Positions 13,782-24,048 of a DNA stretch of 64,000 nt are shown piece after piece. Source of the stretch: an uncultured Actinomycetes bacterium (GTDB lineage: Bacteria > Actinomycetota > Actinomycetes > S36-B12 > CAIYMF01); contig CAWAEB010000006.1 in NCBI GenBank assembly GCA_963781015.1, positions 116,264-180,263 on the forward strand. The letters are read 5' to 3'. Under the pieces are notes generated by a model. The model was not told the DNA's origin. It searched no databases and saw nothing but the letters and a program-made list of their open reading frames with translations. The stretch's first letter is position 1, and every line of letters begins with the position of its first letter. The translations under genes were made by a program, and so were the position numbers.

Positions 13782-14768
13782 ATGAACACCGTGCGCATGG
13801 CCGTGGTCGGCACCAACTGGATCACCGGAGCCCTGATCGATGCCGGCCGTACCGTCGCGGGTTTCGAGGTGGTGGCGGTCTGCTCACGCTCGTCGAGTAC
13901 CGGACAGGCATTCGCCGACCAGTACGGGATCGCCCGGGTGCACACGTCGATCGAGGCCCTGGCCGCCGATCCTGAGGTGGACGCGGCCTACCTGGCCAGC
14001 CCGAACGCTTTGCACGCCGCACAGGCAATCACCCTCCTCGGAGCCGGCAAGCACGTGCTGGCCGAGAAGCCGCTGGCGGCCAGCGCGGCCCAGGTCGAGG
14101 CGGTGACCGCCGCAGCCCACGCTGCCGACCGGATCCTCATGGAGGCCTACGTGGCGCCCTGGGAGCCCAACGTCCGCGCGATCCGTGACGCGTTGCCGCA
14201 GGTGGGCACGCTGCGGCGGGTGGTGCTGGCCAAGGACCAGTACTCCTCGCGCTACGACCGGTTCAGGGCCGGTGAGCTGCCCAACGCGTTCAACCCCGAG
14301 TTCGCCGCCGGGTCGCTGATGGACCTCGGCTTCTATGAGGTCGCCCTGGCCCTGCACCTGTTCGGCGAACCCGCCTCGGTGCGCGCCACCGGGACGCTGC
14401 TGGCCAGCGGGGTCGATGGGCAGGGCACGATCCTGCTGGGCTACGACGGTTTCGAGGTCGTCGGCCTGCACTCGAAGATCGCTCCCGGCGGGGTCGGCTC
14501 GCAGATCGCGGGCGAGGACGGTGTGCTGCTGTTCGACGACTGCAGCGTGCCCACGCAGGTGACCTTCACCCCGCGAGGCGGGCAGGTGGAGGACCTGACC
14601 CGCGAGCAGTCCGAGGACCACATGCGCTACGAGGTGGCGGAGTTCCTGGACTGCGTGCGCACCGGGCGGCCTTCCCAGGTCTGGCCGGTGGCGCGTTCGC
14701 TGGCGGTTGCTCGCATCCTCGACGAAGCGCGCGACCAGGTCGGTGTGCGGTTCGCCTCCGACTCCTGA
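13782..14768 (+). CDS. Gfo/Idh/MocA family oxidoreductase
   Basis: 328-aa ORF. It has the N-terminal Rossmann MAVVGTNWITGALI and the EKP motif (HVLAEKPLA). Confidence 0.85.
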   Translation: MNTVRMAVVGTNWITGALIDAGRTVAGFEVVAVCSRSSSTGQAFADQYGIARVHTSIEALAADPEVDAAYLASPNALHAAQAITLLGAGKHVLAEKPLAASAAQVEAVTAAAHAADRILMEAYVAPWEPNVRAIRDALPQVGTLRRVVLAKDQYSSRYDRFRAGELPNAFNPEFAAGSLMDLGFYEVALALHLFGEPASVRATGTLLASGVDGQGTILLGYDGFEVVGLHSKIAPGGVGSQIAGEDGVLLFDDCSVPTQVTFTPRGGQVEDLTREQSEDHMRYEVAEFLDCVRTGRPSQVWPVARSLAVARILDEARDQVGVRFASDS

Positions 14769-14815
14769 GCCGGCGGGCGGTTGGGGTCTGGCACCGGGCC
14801 TGCCCGCTGACCTGA

Positions 14816-15121
14816 TCAGCCCAGGCCGAGCGCGCGCAACACCGCGGCCGTGGCAGCCGCGGACAGCACAACGACCAGGAACGGCGCACGCAGGAGCAGC
14901 GCAACCACCGCCACCGCGACCCCCGCGACCCGCGCGTCGAGGCTGAACCCGTCGGCACCCCAGAACGTCTGGATGGCGAAGAGCGCGGCGAGCAGCGCGA
15001 TCGGCAGCATCGCAGTCGCGCGCCGGATCAGCGGCCGCTCCAACAGCTCCTCGGGCAGCAGGTGACCAGCCCACTTGGTCAGGAACGCCGCGAGCGAGGC
15101 GACCAGGACACCTGGCCACAT
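14816..15121 (-). CDS. azlD: branched-chain amino acid exporter small subunit AzlD
   Basis: The start is taken at the internal ATG at 15121 ([23 protein letters not shown]...). The product is about 100 aa and hydrophobic. There is a 1-nt stop/start overlap with azlC. Confidence 0.75.
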   Translation of the reverse strand: MWPGVLVASLAAFLTKWAGHLLPEELLERPLIRRATAMLPIALLAALFAIQTFWGADGFSLDARVAGVAVAVVALLLRAPFLVVVLSAAATAAVLRALGLG

Positions 15122-15981
15122 CAGCCGGTCCGTCCGCGAGCAGGTCCGGTTCCCGCGCCCTCTCGAGTGAGCCAGAGGGCACCGGCCACGGCCAACCCCG
15201 CACCGGCCAGCACCGGCACTCCCGGGCCCAGGACGGGGACGAGCGCAAGCGCCAGGAACCCGGAGGCGACAGCCAGCGCCCACGTGGCACGATCGACCAA
15301 CCGCGGCCACAGCAGGGCCAGGAACCCGGCCGGGATCGCCGCGTCGAGTCCGAGCACCTCCGGGTCGCTCAACGAGGCCGCGCCAAGGGCCCCGAGCAGC
15401 GTGCCGAGGTTCCACAGCAGGAACACCGCCCAGCCGGTCGCCCAGAACGCCCGGCGCGCAGCGTCCCGGTCCGGCTCGTAGGTCATGACCATCGCGGTGG
15501 TCTCATCGATGGTGAAGTGCGCTGCCCCGAGCCGGCGCCAGCCGGTCAGCCGCTCGCCCTGTCGATCACGGGCGGACAGCACCGTGCCCAGGTGCAGCGC
15601 GTACAGGCCGTTGCGCAGCCCGAGCAGCCAGGCCGTCAGGACGGCGACCAGCATGCCCCCGCCGGCTGCGATCACACCGACGAAGGCGAATTGCGACGCA
15701 CCGGTGAACATCAGCGCCGACAGCGCCTGGGCCTGCAGAACGGTCAGGCCGGCCGCGACACTGATCGCACCGAAGCTGATCGCGTAGGCCCCGACCGCGA
15801 TCCCGATCGACAGTGCTCGTGTGTTGATCCCGGCCGGATCAGGGGCCGCGGTGGCCGGGCCCGGCACCTCGGTACCCGGGCTTTCGGCACCCGGGCTTTC
15901 GGCACCCGGGCCCGTGGTGCTCGGACCAGTCGCGCCCGACTCCTTCGACTCACCCTCGTCCGGCGCAGACCCGGGGCTCAC
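15121..15981 (-). CDS. azlC: branched-chain amino acid exporter AzlC
   Basis: Multi-TM protein with [15 protein letters not shown]. No ATG is available. A GTG at 15981 overlaps the mnmA stop (GTGA). An alternative GTG lies at 15867. The N-terminal ~45 aa are low complexity. Confidence 0.75.
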   Translation of the reverse strand: MSPGSAPDEGESKESGATGPSTTGPGAESPGAESPGTEVPGPATAAPDPAGINTRALSIGIAVGAYAISFGAISVAAGLTVLQAQALSALMFTGASQFAFVGVIAAGGGMLVAVLTAWLLGLRNGLYALHLGTVLSARDRQGERLTGWRRLGAAHFTIDETTAMVMTYEPDRDAARRAFWATGWAVFLLWNLGTLLGALGAASLSDPEVLGLDAAIPAGFLALLWPRLVDRATWALAVASGFLALALVPVLGPGVPVLAGAGLAVAGALWLTREGAGTGPARGRTG

Positions 15982-17054
15982 CGATCGGCCCGGGTGATGG
16001 TCCCCGATCCGACCACGCGCGTGCCCTCGTACAGCACCGCGGCCTGCCCGGCAGCGATCCCGCGGATCGGTTCCTCCAGCTCGGCGACAAACCCGTGCTC
16101 GGTACGGGCAACCGTGGCAGGCACCTCCTCCCCGTGCGCACGAACCTGCACGCCCAGCCGAGCCCCGTCCAGCGGCGGGGCCCCGCACCAGCGTGGCCGG
16201 ATCGCGGGGATCCGATGCACGTCGAGCATCACGACCGGGCCGACCGCCACCCGCCGCGAGGTGATGTCGACGTCGACCACGTAGCGCCGAGCGCCATCAG
16301 GAGCGGGTCGACCAAGGGCCACCCCACGCCGCTGACCCACCGTGAACGAGTACGCCCCGGCATGTTCGCCGAGCACCTCGCCGGTCTCGGCGTCGACGAC
16401 CTCGCCGGGCGCTTCCCCGAGCCGATCACGCAGGAAGCCCGCGGTGTCGCCGCTGGGGATGAAGCACACGTCGTGGCTGTCCGGCTTGGCCGCCACCGCC
16501 AGGCCGAGGTCGGCGGCCTCCGCGCGGACCTGGGCCTTGGTCGAGTCCCCGAGCGGGAACAGGCAGCCGGCCAGTTGGGCGGCGTCCAGCACACCGAGCA
16601 CATAGGACTGGTCCTTGCCAGGGTCCACCGCCCGATGCAGCTCACGCCCGGCGGGCCCGTCGACCAGGCGCGCGTAGTGCCCGGTGGCGACGGCGTCGAA
16701 CCCGAGTGCCAGCGCCCGGTCGAGCACGGCAGCGAACTTGATCCGCTCGTTGCAGCGCAGGCACGGATTGGGGGTTCGGCCGGCCGCGTACTCGGCCAGG
16801 AAATCGTCGACGACCTCCGCGCTGAACTCCTCGGACATGTCCCACACGTAGAACGGGATCTCGAGTCGGTCCGCTGCCCGCCAGGCATCCCGGGAGTCCT
16901 CGATGGTGCAGCACCCGCGCGCCCCGGAGCGCAGGGACTCGGGCGTTCGGGACAGCGCCAGGTGCACTCCGGTGACCTCGTGTCCGGCAGCGACCATCCG
17001 GGCGGCGGCCACCGCTGAGTCGACGCCACCGGACATGGCGGCCAGCACGCGCAT
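15978..17054 (-). CDS. mnmA: tRNA 2-thiouridine(34) synthase
   Basis: The start is taken at the ATG at 17054 ([22 protein letters not shown]-loop SGGVDS). It also has a conserved [10 protein letters not shown] segment. The long upstream extension of the ORF is Arg-rich and non-genic in appearance. Confidence 0.93.
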   Translation of the reverse strand: MRVLAAMSGGVDSAVAAARMVAAGHEVTGVHLALSRTPESLRSGARGCCTIEDSRDAWRAADRLEIPFYVWDMSEEFSAEVVDDFLAEYAAGRTPNPCLRCNERIKFAAVLDRALALGFDAVATGHYARLVDGPAGRELHRAVDPGKDQSYVLGVLDAAQLAGCLFPLGDSTKAQVRAEAADLGLAVAAKPDSHDVCFIPSGDTAGFLRDRLGEAPGEVVDAETGEVLGEHAGAYSFTVGQRRGVALGRPAPDGARRYVVDVDITSRRVAVGPVVMLDVHRIPAIRPRWCGAPPLDGARLGVQVRAHGEEVPATVARTEHGFVAELEEPIRGIAAGQAAVLYEGTRVVGSGTITRADR

Positions 17055-17059
17055 CGGGC

Positions 17060-18265
17060 TCACGTCCCGCTGCGGGCAGCTGCCGAGAGCGCCGCACTGA
17101 TCCGGACCTGACCGGCACGTCGGGCGCGGGCCACCACAGCGGGCAGCGCTGCGATCAGCGCGTCGACGTCTGCGTCGGTGGAGGTGTGCCCGAGGGTGAA
17201 CCGCAGCGACGAGCGCGCCAGTACCGGGTCGATCCCCATCGCGAGCAGCACGTGGCTCGGCTCGGGCACCCCCGCGCTGCACGCAGAGCCGGTGGACACC
17301 TGTACGCCGGCAGCGTCGAGGAGCATCAGCAGCGCGTCGCCCTCGCACCCCGGGAACGACAGGTGTGCGTTGCCCGGCAGTCGGCCGGCGCCGAGCACAC
17401 CGTTGACGATCACCTCGGGGCACTCACGGAGCACGCCTTCGATGAGACGGTCGCGCAAGGTCGCCAGCTCGGCGCTGCGCTCGTCCAGGTGCGCCGTGGC
17501 GTCCTCGATCGCGGCGGCGAACCCGACGACCGCCGGGACGTCGACCGTGCCGGAGCGCACCTGGCGCTCCTGGCCACCGCCGTGGATGAGTGGGGTCAGG
17601 TCCAGACCGCGTCGTGCGACCAGCGCCCCGGCCCCCAGCGGGCCACCCAGCTTGTGCGCCGAGACGGCCATCGTGGTGAACAGCGTCGCGTCGACGGGGA
17701 TCGACCCGACGGCCTGCACGCCGTCGACATGCAGCGGCACATCAGCCCGCGCGCAGACGGCGGCGATCGCCTCGATGGGCTGGATCGTGCCGACCTCATT
17801 GTTCGCTGCCATGACCGCGACCAGCGCAGCGCCGCGGGGGTCGGCGGCCAGTTCGGCGGCCACCTCATCAGGGTCGACCCGGCCCAGGGCGTCGACCCCG
17901 AGCCAGACCACGTCCGCGCCCTCGTGCTCCCCGAGCCACTCCACCGGGTCGAGGACGGCGTGGTGCTCGATTCGTGCGGCCAGCACCCGCCGACGGGCCG
18001 GCTGCTGAGCGACTCGGGACCACCAGAGACCCTTGACAGCCAGGTTGTCCGCCTCGGTCCCACCCGCGGTGAGGATCACCTCCGAGGGCGTGACTCCCAG
18101 AGCCTCGGCGATCGCCTCCCGGGACTCCTCCACCCGGCGACGGGCGGCGCGGCCCGCTGCGTGCAGTGAGGACGCGTTGCCGGCGGACCCCAGGACGCCC
18201 AGCATCGCCTCGCGGGAGCTGTCCAGCATCGGCGTGGAGGCCGCGTGGTCGAGGTAGGTGCTCAT
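17060..18265 (-). CDS. cysteine desulfurase (NifS/IscS class, PLP-dependent)
   Basis: The start is taken at the ATG at 18265 ([13 protein letters not shown]). It has the PLP lysine motif [10 protein letters not shown] and the active-site Cys loop STGSACSAG. Confidence 0.9.
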   Translation of the reverse strand: MSTYLDHAASTPMLDSSREAMLGVLGSAGNASSLHAAGRAARRRVEESREAIAEALGVTPSEVILTAGGTEADNLAVKGLWWSRVAQQPARRRVLAARIEHHAVLDPVEWLGEHEGADVVWLGVDALGRVDPDEVAAELAADPRGAALVAVMAANNEVGTIQPIEAIAAVCARADVPLHVDGVQAVGSIPVDATLFTTMAVSAHKLGGPLGAGALVARRGLDLTPLIHGGGQERQVRSGTVDVPAVVGFAAAIEDATAHLDERSAELATLRDRLIEGVLRECPEVIVNGVLGAGRLPGNAHLSFPGCEGDALLMLLDAAGVQVSTGSACSAGVPEPSHVLLAMGIDPVLARSSLRFTLGHTSTDADVDALIAALPAVVARARRAGQVRISAALSAAARSGT

Positions 18266-18474
18266 GGTGGCCCCAATCGTAGGCTGTGGACCCGAGTGCG
18301 ACCCGCTCCCCGTCCGTGGGCGTGCGTGCGAAGGCCACCGTCGCACGGCGCCGTCCTGGGCGCACATGAGCATGCGCAGCCAACGCGCCAGCATCGGGGA
18401 CGCGTCAGCGTGCGATGATGCGCCCGTTGACAGGGCGGGGGCCGGGCAGGGCCTCAGCAATGAGGAGGAGCCGC

Positions 18475-19849
18475 ATGTCCCGATATCTGCGAGCCGTGAT
18501 CGCCAGCCTCCTCGCCGCGGGCCTCATCGCGACCGGTCAGCCGGCCGGGGCATCGCAGGCGGTGCCGACGCGGCAGTGGCCGGTCACTCACGCGACAATC
18601 GGCTCACTGTACGGATCCCCGGACCCCGGTGGCGTGGCCAGCCTGCGGACCTGGGGCACCGCGATCTGGTGCTACGTCCAGCCCACGGCCAAGGCCAACG
18701 TCCAGGCGAACCTGACCCGGCTGCTGGCCCCGAGCCTGGACCGGGTCAAGGCGGCCAAGGGTACGGCGACCATCACGATCGGGCACCCCGCCCCCTGGGT
18801 GTTCGACAACCACCCGAGGGCAGTGGCTCCGACCAAGCTGTGGGCGTGTGGTGACCATGCGTCCGGGGTGTCGATCCCGAGCCCGAAGTCGCTGAAGCCC
18901 AGCAAGAAGGGCGTCCCGTCGACTCAGGCACGCATCTGGGCTGACTATGTCGGCAAGGTCGTGGACTTCATCAGGGGCCGGTACGGATCCTCAACTCAAG
19001 GTGCAGATCGAGGCATGGAACGAGCCCAACCTGTCCAGCGGGCTGAACTTCCGGCTCCGGATCCCCGGCGCGGCCCAGACCCGCGAACAAGCAGCCTCGG
19101 CGCTGCACACCTACGAGTCGATCGCCTACGACGTGATCCGCCGCAAGGGCGCGCAGGGCACCATCACGCTGGCCTCCAGCCCTGTCTACCAGCGATCGGA
19201 CAAGTTCACGAAGCTGTACCTCAAGGCACACAACAAGAAGCGTCGGGTCGATGTGATCCACGTCAACGTCTACAGCTACCAGAGCCGCAGCATCGACGGA
19301 ATGGCCAAGGAATGGGACAAGCGGGCGGCCGCGTTCCAGAGCAAGCTGAGGAAGTACAAGAAGCTTCGGAAGCTGCCAGTGACCCTCAGCGAGACCAACC
19401 TCAACCTGATCAACAGGGACGGCAACCCGTCGAACGTGCGCGCGTCCGTCAAGGCGCCCGCCACCCAGCGCCGGCTGGCGACTGCGACCCAGATGAACGC
19501 CTACTACCGTGGCTACTCGGCCGTGACCTGGCTGGTCCCGTTCCGGCCCGCGCAGGCTGCGGTGCACATCGCGACCCGCCCGGGCAACCCCGCCCGGGAC
19601 TCCCTGGCCGTGCTGCAGGGCGCGCTGAAGGGCAGCACGATGCAGTCGTGCGCGTCCCGCAAGGGCGTGCGGACCTGCACGTTCAAGGCACCCAACGGCG
19701 CCCGGATCAAGGTGCTCTGGCGGCTGTCGGGCATTTCGAAGGTCACGCAGACCTCACGGGTCGAGGTCCTGGCGATGACCGGCGGCCGCAGCACGGTCCA
19801 GCGCGGCCAGAAGGTGCGTGTGGGCACGACCCCGATCGTTCTGCGCTGA
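18475..19849 (+). pseudogene. secreted clan GH-A-like glycoside hydrolase, interrupted by a 1-nt frameshift near 18986
   Basis: GAGGAGGAG (18462-18470) precedes the ATG at 18475, followed by a signal peptide (MSRYLRAVIASLLAAGLIATGQPAGASQA). Frame 1 reads ...WADYVGKVVDFIRGRYG. The sense continues in frame 2 as DPQLKVQIEAWNEPNL (the acid/base WNEPN motif) through to the stop at 19849. Confidence 0.6.
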
Positions 19850-19898
19850 GCAACGCGTCCCAACGAGGACCGTCCGAGAGGCGCAGCGACGCACGCAG

Positions 19899-19944
19899 GC
19901 ACGCAGCGGGGCCCGACCGGGTGTGGTCGGGCCCCGCTGCGTGC
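19899..19944. terminator. bidirectional intrinsic-terminator-like hairpin
   Basis: There is a perfect 20-bp GC-rich stem (19899-19918 / 19925-19944) with a 6-nt loop GGGTGT. It sits between the convergent glycoside-hydrolase gene and etfA. Confidence 0.7.
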
Positions 19945-19956
19945 GTGGCTGGTGGA

Positions 19957-20910
19957 TCAGCCCTTGCGCTTGCTGACCTCCTCGGTCAGCTGCGGAACGA
20001 CCGCGAACAGGTCGCCCACGACGCCGAAGTCGGCGAGCTCGAAGATCGGCGCCTCCGGGTCCTTGTTGACCACGATGACGGTCTTCGAGGTCTGCATGCC
20101 CGCGCGGTGCTGGATCGCCCCGGAGATGCCGTTGGCGATGTACAGCTGCGGGGCGACCGTCTTGCCGGTCTGGCCCACCTGGAACTGGTGCGGGTACCAG
20201 CCGGCGTCAGTCGCCGCGCGGGAGGCGCCCACGGCACCTCCGAGCGCGTCTGCCAGGCCCTCGATGATCCCGAAGCCCTCGGCCCCGCCGACCCCACGAC
20301 CACCGGAGACCACGACTGCGGCCTCCGTCAGGTCGGGCCGACCGCCCTTGGCCTGCTGCACCCGGTCGGTGACCTTCGCCGCAGTGGCGCCCGCCGACAG
20401 CTCGACGGTCACGTCCACCCGGGTCCCGGCACCAGCCGACGCCTCGGGAGCGGTGCTGTTGGGACGCACGGTGATGATCGGCGTACCGGTCGTCACCTTC
20501 GACTTCACGACCGTCGCCCCACCGAACACCGACTGGGTCGCGGTGCCGTCGGCGGCCACGTCGACCGCGTCTGTGATGATGCCCGAGCCGGAGCGGATCG
20601 CCAGGCGTGCAGCGACCTCCTTGCCTTCGGCCGAACTGGCCACCAGGACCGCCGCCGGGGCCTTGTCGGCCACGAGCTTGGCCAGCACCTCGGCCTTGGG
20701 AGCCACCGGGTGCGCGACAAGCTCGGGGGCGTCTGCGACATAGACCGTCGCCGCGCCGTACTCGGCCAGGCCGGGGAGCGCCGCATCGGCACCGGGGCCG
20801 ACCAGAACCGCCGCAGGCTCACCGATGCGGGCAGCCAGCGTGAGCAACTCGTACGTGACCTTCTTGACATTGCCGTCGACATGCTCGACGAGCACAAGCA
20901 CTTCAGCCAT
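19957..20910 (-). CDS. etfA: electron transfer flavoprotein alpha subunit
   Basis: 317-aa ORF with a C-terminal FAD-binding signature PQLYIANGISGAIQHRAGM. Confidence 0.95.
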   Translation of the reverse strand: MAEVLVLVEHVDGNVKKVTYELLTLAARIGEPAAVLVGPGADAALPGLAEYGAATVYVADAPELVAHPVAPKAEVLAKLVADKAPAAVLVASSAEGKEVAARLAIRSGSGIITDAVDVAADGTATQSVFGGATVVKSKVTTGTPIITVRPNSTAPEASAGAGTRVDVTVELSAGATAAKVTDRVQQAKGGRPDLTEAAVVVSGGRGVGGAEGFGIIEGLADALGGAVGASRAATDAGWYPHQFQVGQTGKTVAPQLYIANGISGAIQHRAGMQTSKTVIVVNKDPEAPIFELADFGVVGDLFAVVPQLTEEVSKRKG

Positions 20911-20921
20911 GGCTGGCCTCC

Positions 20922-21701
20922 TCAGATGAACTTCTGCGCGGACAGGAAATCGGCGATGGCGGCGCCACCGTTGCCCTCGTCGGTGACGATGGTGCCCTTG
21001 GCCTTCGGCGGCCGGGCAGCAGCCTCCTCGACAACCGACCAGGCAGCCCCGAGGCCAACCTCAGCCGCGGGCACGCCCACTGCTGCGAGGTCGACGGTCT
21101 CCACGGGCTTCTTCTTGGCCGCCATGATCCCCTTGAAGGACGGGTAGCGCGGCTCGTTGATCTTCTCGACCACGCTGATCACCGCGGGCAAGGGCGCCTC
21201 GACGACGTCATAGCCGTACTCGGTGACGCGGTTGGTGGTCACGGTGCTGCCCTCGACGGTCACCGAGCTGGCGAACGTCAGCTGTGGCAGGCCCAGCCGC
21301 TCGGCAACCATGGCAGGCACGACCGACATGCGTGCGTCGGTCGACTCGCTGCCGAGGATGACCAGGTCGGCCGCGCGGCCCTCGATGGCCTTGGCCAACG
21401 CGAGGGAGGTGGCCACGGCGTCCGAGCCGTGCAGTCCGTCGTCGAGGATGTGCACGCCCGCGTCGGCACCCATGGCCAGGGCCTTGCGGATCGTGTCAGT
21501 CGTCTGGGAGGGGCCCATCGACATCACGACGACCTCGCCGCCGTGCGCCTCCTTCAGGCGCAGCGCCTCCTCGACTGCGTACTCGTCGATCTCGTTCATG
21601 ACGGCGTCGACCGATTCGCGGTCCAACGTGTAGTCGGACGCATTCAGCGTCTTCTCCGCCCAACTGTCCGGTACCTGCTTCACACAGACAACGATCTTCA
21701 T
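20922..21701 (-). CDS. etfB: electron transfer flavoprotein beta subunit
   Basis: 259-aa ORF reading MKIVVCVKQVPD...VVMSMGP...DLVILGSESTD. Confidence 0.95.
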   Translation of the reverse strand: MKIVVCVKQVPDSWAEKTLNASDYTLDRESVDAVMNEIDEYAVEEALRLKEAHGGEVVVMSMGPSQTTDTIRKALAMGADAGVHILDDGLHGSDAVATSLALAKAIEGRAADLVILGSESTDARMSVVPAMVAERLGLPQLTFASSVTVEGSTVTTNRVTEYGYDVVEAPLPAVISVVEKINEPRYPSFKGIMAAKKKPVETVDLAAVGVPAAEVGLGAAWSVVEEAAARPPKAKGTIVTDEGNGGAAIADFLSAQKFI

Positions 21702-21954
21702 GGTCGCGATGTCGACCTCTCTTTTCGGCCGGTGCGCAAAGGCGTCCCGGTGGCCAGTTCTACCGATCCGCTGGGCGCTTCCGCCGCCCGCAGGGTCATG
21801 CTACCCGCGGGTAACAAGACCCGCCGATCGGGTCAATCCTAGGGGCGCCGCACCGGCACCAATGCGGCACCCCGGCCCTTGCCCACAGGTCGAAGGTCCC
21901 GGGCCTGCCCGTCCGCGGCCAGCGGCCCCGGCACGGGCGTACGATTCGTCCTCG

Positions 21955-23244
21955 ATGCGCATCCTGCACCTGACCTGGGAGTACCCGCCCGTGATGTACG
22001 GCGGGCTCGGTCGGCATGTCTACGCACTGGCCGATGCCCAGGCCGCGGCCGGCCACGACGTCGTGGTGATCACCCAGGCACCGAACTCCGCCGCGCCGGC
22101 CCGAATGGCGTGGGGGTCCACCAGTGCGGTCCGGGTGCTGCGTGCGACCGTCGACCACTCCAGGCACGATCCCAGCGACCTGTTGGCGCACGTGGCTGAG
22201 ATGGAGTGCGACTTCACCGGGCACGGCAACCGTCTGCTCCCCGAGTGGCACCCCGACGTCATCCACGCCCACGACTGGATGGTCGCCCACGCCGCGGCCG
22301 CCCTGCGCGCCAGTTTCGGCACGCCACTGACGGCCACCATCCACGCAACTGAGGCTGGGCGGAACATGGGCTGGGTCAGCACTGCGCTGTCCACGACCAT
22401 CCACGGCATCGAGTGGTGGCTGGCGAACACCGCAGACTCGGTCATCACCTGCTCGGCCACGATGCGCGACGAGGTGGCCGACCTGTTCGGCGTGGCCGAG
22501 GCCCATGTGGTGCCCAACGGGATCGACGCTGCGGGGTGGGTGGCAGCCGAGTCCGACGTGGCCCGGATCCGGGCCGAGAACGCCGACGCCGCACCGCTGA
22601 TCGCCTACACCGGCCGAGTCGAGTGGGAGAAGGGCGTGCAGACCCTGGTCGCGGCCATGCCGGGGCTGCGCGCGACGTACCCCGGTATCCGACTGCTGGT
22701 CGCCGGTCACGGCAGTTACCTCGACGATGTGCGCGGGCAGGCGGCGAGTCTCGGCCTGCGTCACAGCGTCCGATTCCTCGGTTGGGTCAGCGAGGCGGAC
22801 CTGCGTGCGGTCGTGGTCGCTGCGGATCTGGTCGTCGCGCCCAGCCTGTACGAGCCGTTCGGGCTGGTGGCCCTGGAGAGTGCCATCATGGGCACGCCGC
22901 TGGTGGTCGCCGGAACGGGCGGCCTCGAGGAGTTCGCCGCAGGCGACAGACTGGCCCTGACGTTCTCACCCGGCGCGCCGGGCAGCCTCGAACATGTCGT
23001 CCTGCGTGCCCTGGCCGACCCACAGGCCGCCAGGGCGCGCGCCGAGCTCGCCGAGGCGACCGTTCGCTCGCAGTACTCGTGGTCGTCGGTCGCGCACCGG
23101 ACGACCGAGGCCTACCTGGCCGCTGCCGAGAACCTGGGCGCGGACGCCGACGACCCCCGCCGCCTCAACGCCGAGGCCCGGCACGCACTGCTCCCCCCGC
23201 ACTTCGAGTCCCCCCCGGGGATGCTGATGGACGTCAGGCCGTGA
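21955..23244 (+). CDS. GT4 family glycosyltransferase (glycogen-synthase-like fold)
   Basis: The start is taken at the ATG at 21955 (MRILHLTWEYPPVMYGGLGRHVYALA). It has the E-x7-E region PSLYEPFGLVALESAIMG. Its position after etfBA resembles mycobacterial Rv3032, from my recollection. Confidence 0.85.
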   Translation: MRILHLTWEYPPVMYGGLGRHVYALADAQAAAGHDVVVITQAPNSAAPARMAWGSTSAVRVLRATVDHSRHDPSDLLAHVAEMECDFTGHGNRLLPEWHPDVIHAHDWMVAHAAAALRASFGTPLTATIHATEAGRNMGWVSTALSTTIHGIEWWLANTADSVITCSATMRDEVADLFGVAEAHVVPNGIDAAGWVAAESDVARIRAENADAAPLIAYTGRVEWEKGVQTLVAAMPGLRATYPGIRLLVAGHGSYLDDVRGQAASLGLRHSVRFLGWVSEADLRAVVVAADLVVAPSLYEPFGLVALESAIMGTPLVVAGTGGLEEFAAGDRLALTFSPGAPGSLEHVVLRALADPQAARARAELAEATVRSQYSWSSVAHRTTEAYLAAAENLGADADDPRRLNAEARHALLPPHFESPPGMLMDVRP

Positions 23245-24032
23245 CGCCTGGGGTGGGCCGGCGGGGCGTTGCACCTGCGGGCCTGTCCCGGGGGATGCTG
23301 GTCGCCGAGATCCTCATCGTCCTCGCACTGTCTCTTGGCCGCTCCGGGATCTACTCGATAGTCAGCTTCCTGGGCGACCTGACCAGCGGCGTTCCGTTGG
23401 CCGACCAAACTGCGGTGCTCAACAACACGTTGGCGCCCGGTCGACCCCTGCTGGACCTGGTCCGCCAACTGCTGCGGATCGCGTTCGCCCTGGCCCCGGT
23501 GGCGCTGGTCTGGTACCTGCTCGCACGCTCCGGTGAGGGGATGCGCTCGATCGGGGTCGATCGGTCCCAACCCGGTCGGGACCTCGGGCGTGGGGCGGCG
23601 CTGGCTGCGGTGGTCGGGTCGGTGGGGCTGGCCGGCTACCTGATCGCCTACGAGGCGGGGGTGAACCTGGCGGTGGTGGCCCAGGCCCTGCCCGAGACCT
23701 GGTGGCGCTGGCCGGTGCTGATCGGCGCTGCCGTTCAGAACGCGATCGTCGAGGAGGTCCTGGTCGTCGGCTTCCTGATGCGCAGGCTGACCCAGATCGG
23801 CTGGTCCCTGCCGGCGGTGATCGCCACCAGTGCGCTGGTCCGCGGCTCCTACCACCTCTACCAGGGCATCGGCGGGATGCTGGGCAACATCGCGATGGGC
23901 CTGCTGTTCGCGTGGCTGTTCCACAGGTGGGGCCGCGTGCTGCCGCTGATCGTGGCCCATGCCCTGATCGACATCGTGGCGTTCATCGGGTACGCCGCCC
24001 TGGCCGGCTCGGTCAGCTGGCTGCCGGGCTGA
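23241..24032 (+). CDS. CPBP (CAAX) family intramembrane metalloprotease
   Basis: Motifs present: NAIVEEVLVVGF (EExxxR-like motif 1), SYHLYQG and VAHALIDIV. The GTG at 23241 overlaps the GT4 stop (GTGA). An alternative ATG lies at 23295. Confidence 0.8.
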   Translation: MTPGVGRRGVAPAGLSRGMLVAEILIVLALSLGRSGIYSIVSFLGDLTSGVPLADQTAVLNNTLAPGRPLLDLVRQLLRIAFALAPVALVWYLLARSGEGMRSIGVDRSQPGRDLGRGAALAAVVGSVGLAGYLIAYEAGVNLAVVAQALPETWWRWPVLIGAAVQNAIVEEVLVVGFLMRRLTQIGWSLPAVIATSALVRGSYHLYQGIGGMLGNIAMGLLFAWLFHRWGRVLPLIVAHALIDIVAFIGYAALAGSVSWLPG

Positions 24033-24048
24033 CGCCCCCGCGGCACCC

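Noticed and set aside
13884-15290. 468-aa minus-strand ORF.
   Set aside because: It is antisense to the well-supported Gfo/Idh/MocA gene and out of frame with azlD. Its composition is non-genic.
18415-21147. 910-aa ORF, the longest plus-strand ORF in this region.
   Set aside because: Only the first ~190 codons look like protein (signal peptide plus the glycoside-hydrolase N-terminus). After about 18986 the text becomes Arg/Gly/Pro/His-rich. It runs antisense through the clearly real etfA and etfB genes. This is a stop-poor artefact of high GC.
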